NCBI GenBank assembly: GCA_942492175.1
Contig: CALODR010000009.1
Coordinates: 168,964 to 232,963 of the forward strand
Reading direction: 5' to 3'
Length of the DNA: 64,000 bases
Source: an uncultured bacterium
GTDB taxonomy: Bacteria > Acidobacteriota > Aminicenantia > UBA2199
In this document: positions 59,882 through 64,000 of the stretch, in pieces
How positions within the stretch are numbered: position 1 is the stretch's first letter
Layout of the letters: every line of letters begins with the position of its first letter
Program-made: the position numbers and the translations under genes
The notes under the pieces: model-generated
What the model was told of the DNA's origin: nothing
What the model saw: the letters and a program-made list of their open reading frames with translations, nothing else
The model's database searches: none

Positions 59882-62486
59882 ATGAAGAGAAGTTTGCTGT
59901 ACTTATTATTATGGTGCATCTTGATATTACATTTACATGCATCAGTTAAAATGGTTGGTTCTTTAGAAGAGCTAAAAGGATTGAATATAAATTGTCATCC
60001 GAATTATTCAATTATTGTTGAGTTTCCAAAAGAGATAACAATTCTGAAGGTTGTACATGATAAAGACGATCAGAAAAATTGGATAGTCGATTATGATCTG
60101 AATCTTTTATGGGCTCAGCCGGATAAGTTAAGCAGTCCCGACTGCTCTTTTAAAGTTTCTACAGATATTTATGAAAATATTGATCTCAGTTTGAGAGTTG
60201 AAAAAGACCCAAAAAACCTGATTCATACAATTGTTCTAAAAAAGGAAGTTTTTAAATTAAAAGAGAAACAAAATGATTGTATTGATTCAAAGATTAGAAC
60301 TTTTAAAGCGGATAGGGTTTTAGGAAATGAAAGTGATGAGAGTGAATTAGTAAAGTTATCTACAATTAAACAATCTGAGCTTGAAGAGAGAGAACAGTCT
60401 AAGAGCACTGTTGATATTGAAAACAATATTGTGGATAAAGATATTAAGCACAAAGCACACAAATTAATATCTCCATTTGATTTGGAAACTTATTTTTCTC
60501 TATTGGGAGGGACACAGAATTTTGAAGATTCTTCTTTTTCAATGGAAGGAGAATTTATCGTAGCAGGAAAAAACAAAAAAGGTTTTTTCTTTCAAGGAGC
60601 TGGTAAGGTTTCCATAAATAAAATTAGCAATCAATTTGGGTTCTCACTCGGATGCGGTTTTGAACCAGGAAAACTAGGGCTATTTATGTTTGCAGATACC
60701 TTAATGCAAAAAACAGGTGAGGAATTTGATTCAACTACTCATTTTCAGATAAGGCCAGGGATACGCTATAGATTGTCGAACAAGTTTAGCTTTGCCGGGT
60801 TTTTTGCATTCCCGATTGGACCCTGGAAATATACCGGAGTTGAAGTTCCAAGTTTGTCAGGATTCGGTTTTTACAATAAAGCTCTTGCACATGGTGGGAT
60901 TGATCTTTCTTTTGGTCTCGATAGATTGTTTGTTGATATGAGAACATTGATTGCTGAAGGGTCCGCATTTGGTATTGATTTCAAGGCAGGTTATGAATTG
61001 ATAAAAAAAATATTTGTGACGATTAATTATGTGTATCAATCTTCAGGTGATCATGAATATTTTAATGGAATTTCAAGTACAAGCAGGATTGGTGTCGGGC
61101 TTAATTTTAATATGAGAAATCTTAGGCAAGATGATGATAAACGGTTAATATTCAGACCTGATTACCCCATGGTAGTGGTGGCAAAAAAGGAGATAGAGGA
61201 AAGTGGATCAATTTCTCCTGAGATTTCTCTTGCCGGTACGCCCACAACAGGTTATGCTCCTCTTAATGTTTCCTATCAGGCAACATTGAAGGGATTTCAG
61301 GGAGAGGTTGAACTAACCTGGTTTTTTAATACTGTGTATTCATCAGCATCAAATAATAGAGATTGTGCTTTTATATACACTTCCCCTGGCACATATGAGT
61401 GCTATGTTATAGGGACTGATGAAAGGGGTAATATAGTTACCAGCAATATTGTAGCCATAACGGTTCTAGATGTTACTACCGAGGATGGAGAGTTTACTAT
61501 ATTATCAAGTGTTAAAGAAGGAGTTGGATCGATTAATCCTGAGGGATCAACAGTAGTAAAATTTGAAGAAGATCAGAGGTATGAAATTAATCCCGGGAAT
61601 GGTTGGTATATTAAGAATGTCTATGTTGACGGGAAAAGTATTGGTACTGTATCGGAATATGTTTTCAAAAAAATTGATCGGAATCATACTATTGATGCTG
61701 AGTTTACTGATACACAACAAATTACATATACTGTAACTGGATCGGTAAGGAATAATCAGTATGGAACTATAGATCCGGTTTTAACCCAGGTTGCAGAAGG
61801 TTCATCAGTTACATTGAATTTCTTTCCAGAAGATAAAAACAAACAAACAATCAGATATTGGATAAATGGTCAGGTTTATAATGATGTGGGATCCGGGTCT
61901 GTTACGATCAACAATATTACTTCAAATCAGAATGTTGAAGTTGAGTTTGACTGGATTTATTATGATGTAACAATCACATTGACATTATTGGAAGGTGGGA
62001 GTGGTTCTGTTGATCCCGGTACCGGGGTTTTTACTTATAAAAGTGGGGAGAATCTAACATTTAATTTTAATCCAGAAACTACATTCTAGAGTTGATAAAG
62101 TCATTTTGAATGGGAATAATAAGGGAGATATAACTTCTCTAAAAATATATAGTATTGGCCAGGATGAAGATATAAAAGTCTTTATAATTAGAAAGAGTCA
62201 TCCAGTAGAAGCGATTATTGATGGAGGAGGTTGTGATTGCAGAATAACTTCTTCAATAGGTCAGTCAGGGACGGGGGCTTATCAGGTTTTTCATGGAGAT
62301 AACTTAACATTTTATTTTGAACCATTAAATTCTTCTCAAACTTATTGGCTTGGAGTTCAGGATGGAGGGAAATGGAGCGTTATGATATTGCCGACCAATT
62401 ACACATTCGAGAATGTTTCGGGAGATAACAATTATTTCAGGATAAAATGTGCTGACCCGGGTGATCCTCCTCCCTTTACTCCCTGA
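59882..62486 (+). CDS. Large secreted surface protein (N-terminal beta-barrel-like region, PKD domain, tandem ~60-aa beta-sandwich repeats); frame interrupted at ~62087
   Basis: Signal peptide. PKD-like GYAPLNVSY...YTSPGTYEC. Three tandem repeats (xINP/DPGxG...YxIxxVxVDG/NG...VEF). The repeat pattern continues in ORF 62106..62486 in another frame after TTC TAG. Confidence 0.5.
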
Positions 62487-62501
62487 TGTTTTTTATAAAG
62501 T

Positions 62502-62530
62502 AGCCCCCTCAACAATCGAGGGGGCTTTTA
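62502..62530. terminator. Bidirectional intrinsic terminator
   Basis: AGCCCCCTC-AACAATC-GAGGGGGCT hairpin followed by TTTTAT. Confidence 0.7.
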
Positions 62531-62555
62531 TGTAGAACGCCCGGAATTAGAGATC

Positions 62556-64000
62556 TCAATTTAGAATTGGTTCAACAAATTCAGGGATATATGATATTAC
62601 CCCATTCTTATCAACTACCCCAACTGAATAAGAATATCCGGAAAGGTCTTTCAATCGTATTTCAAAGGTTTTGTTCTCCGGATCAACCCTTTCAATTTCT
62701 TCAATTGATCCATCTTTTTTTTGATAAATAATATATTTGGAAATCCTCTTGTCTTTAGAAGGTGATTCGGTCCAGGAAATTTTAATAATATATTGAGATA
62801 AAAAAACGCTTCTGTTGAGATAGGCTTCTGTTGTTATTGATTCTGGGGGGAGCCCTATCAGTTTTGTGTGTTCAGGATAAGGGTATATATTAATTATCAT
62901 TGTATGATTGATAACCTCGAAAATCAACTTTATTAGATAAAACTATATTATCCATTGAGAAATATCCATTGTAGTTACCGTTCCACCCAAAGTTAATATG
63001 AACCATTTTAGAGGTGTCTGAGATCCTATATCCATCTATGACCGCAGAATGAAATCCTAAACCGTACTCAACAGGCCATCCATTCTCAATCTGATTCTCT
63101 GCAATATTCCACCACTCATCATTGTTATAATTTGCTATCTGAATATATGTTATATCAGAGGAATACACAAAATATTTCCACATAATTATGAATATATTTA
63201 ACTGAGATATTAGCTGAACTGGCATCCCCCTCATAGGCAGTATGAATTAGAACGCCGATATCATACATTAGAGTTGAAATAGCTCTGTTTTCATCATTTG
63301 TTCCTTCTCCATACTCATCAAGCATATTCCACCATTCGTATTCTTTCTCAAAATTGGCAGTTAATGTTTGCCCTGAGTAAGGATCATAATATGTTTCCGA
63401 ACCTGCACCCTTAACCGGCCATTCATGATAATTAAATATTTGTGCAAGTGAAGTAGCATTACAGCCTGAAAGTCCATTTGGGCAGTACTCGCCATATACT
63501 CCAGACTGCCCCCAGTTAGAAGTTAGGAGTGGTTTTACTTCTTCAATTGATTCAGACTTAAAATTCTCAAGAATTTCATGCCTTATATCATCTGATAATA
63601 ATTTTTTAAAATATCTCTTATTGTTGGGGGGAAAATTTTTTTCTTCAGATAAGATACCTTTTCTTACTGCTTCAATAATTGTTTTATTTTCATCAAATAT
63701 AAAATTTTCAATAAGAGAGCCGGAAGTGTTAAAATAATTGTTCAATGAATACATCTTAATTGGAGGGAGATAATCGTTAGGTGATATGATTACATATCCT
63801 TTGGGGTATAGATTGAAAACGAAAGCGACCAGAATTCCTTTTCTATATATTTTCTGGTCATAGTTAATTCTAACCTGATCATTGAAATTTTGTTCAAGAT
63901 CTATTGCCCAGTTTTCTGCTATAATACGTGCTTGCTCAAGGGTAATTTCCACCGATTGAAGTGAAGGAAATACAAGTAACAATAATATTAAAAAAAAACC
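62556..64000 (-). pseudogene. C10-family (streptopain/SpeB-like) cysteine peptidase, disrupted by at least two frame changes; N-terminus lies beyond the window end
   Basis: Fragment 63155..64000: signal-peptide region and the catalytic-Cys segment NWGQSGVYGEYCPNGLSGCNATSLAQIFNYHEWP. Fragment 62890..63234: catalytic-His segment GFHSAVIDGY...HINFGWNGNYNGYF. Fragment 62556..62927: a C-terminal beta-sandwich-like domain. Confidence 0.55.

Noticed and set aside
1-64000. CRISPR arrays, transposases, integrases, prophage genes, rRNA/tRNA genes
   Set aside because: I see no regularly spaced direct repeats with unique spacers. No DDE, tyrosine- or serine-recombinase-like ORFs. No tRNA-shaped or rRNA-like segments. 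The larger intergenic regions are AT-rich promoter or leader sequence.

Overview
This is a gene-dense, visibly AT-rich bacterial chromosomal segment of about 64 kb; I did not compute base composition. I call roughly 70 protein-coding genes, mostly core housekeeping functions: partial ornithine aminotransferase, glutaredoxin-like protein, groES, rlmB, plsC, rmlC/rmlD, rpsT, cca, asnS, sucC/sucD, comEC, prfB, an AddA/AddB-type helicase-nuclease pair, rsmD, a DEAD-box RNA helicase, an ABC-2 exporter, and a sodium:solute symporter. These are interleaved with secreted, membrane, or outer-membrane proteins: BNR/Asp-box propellers, two paralogous propeller lipoproteins with a GEGPGE motif, a CBM9/DUF5916-like protein, a C10 cysteine peptidase and M16-like proteins. 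That gene content resembles the FCB superphylum or related uncultivated lineages. I found no rRNA, tRNA, CRISPR array, transposase, integrase or prophage genes. Most notable is a family of at least 8 copies of a short repeat, AAAGGGGACAGGTACC or GTGTCTGTCCCCTTTT, lying in intergenic regions with one copy inside a coding sequence. Two copies are perfect palindromes within divergent promoter regions, and two extended copies directly flank the DEAD-box helicase gene. The conserved programmed +1 frameshift site of prfB (CTT TGA C preceded by AGGGGG) is directly visible. Further points of interest: an orphan Cas4-like Fe-S PD-(D/E)xK nuclease with no CRISPR-Cas nearby; a tightly packed operon of PLP-dependent dehydratase, ornithine-cyclodeaminase-family protein and aminotransferase behind a ~530-nt leader; a translationally coupled minus-strand array of a REC domain, an S55(SpoIVB)-like serine peptidase and a secreted beta-propeller upstream of sucCD; and a secreted YHS/CPxCG metal-binding protein followed by an ECF sigma, anti-sigma and LTxxQ-like module. 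Five genes (comEC, DEAD-box helicase, a large surface protein, the C10 peptidase at two points) are broken by frame shifts, three of them at A/T homopolymer runs. That pattern suggests sequencing indels rather than biology. I could not identify a single obviously novel multi-gene system (for example a defense island) with confidence; the candidates worth follow-up are listed in the findings.
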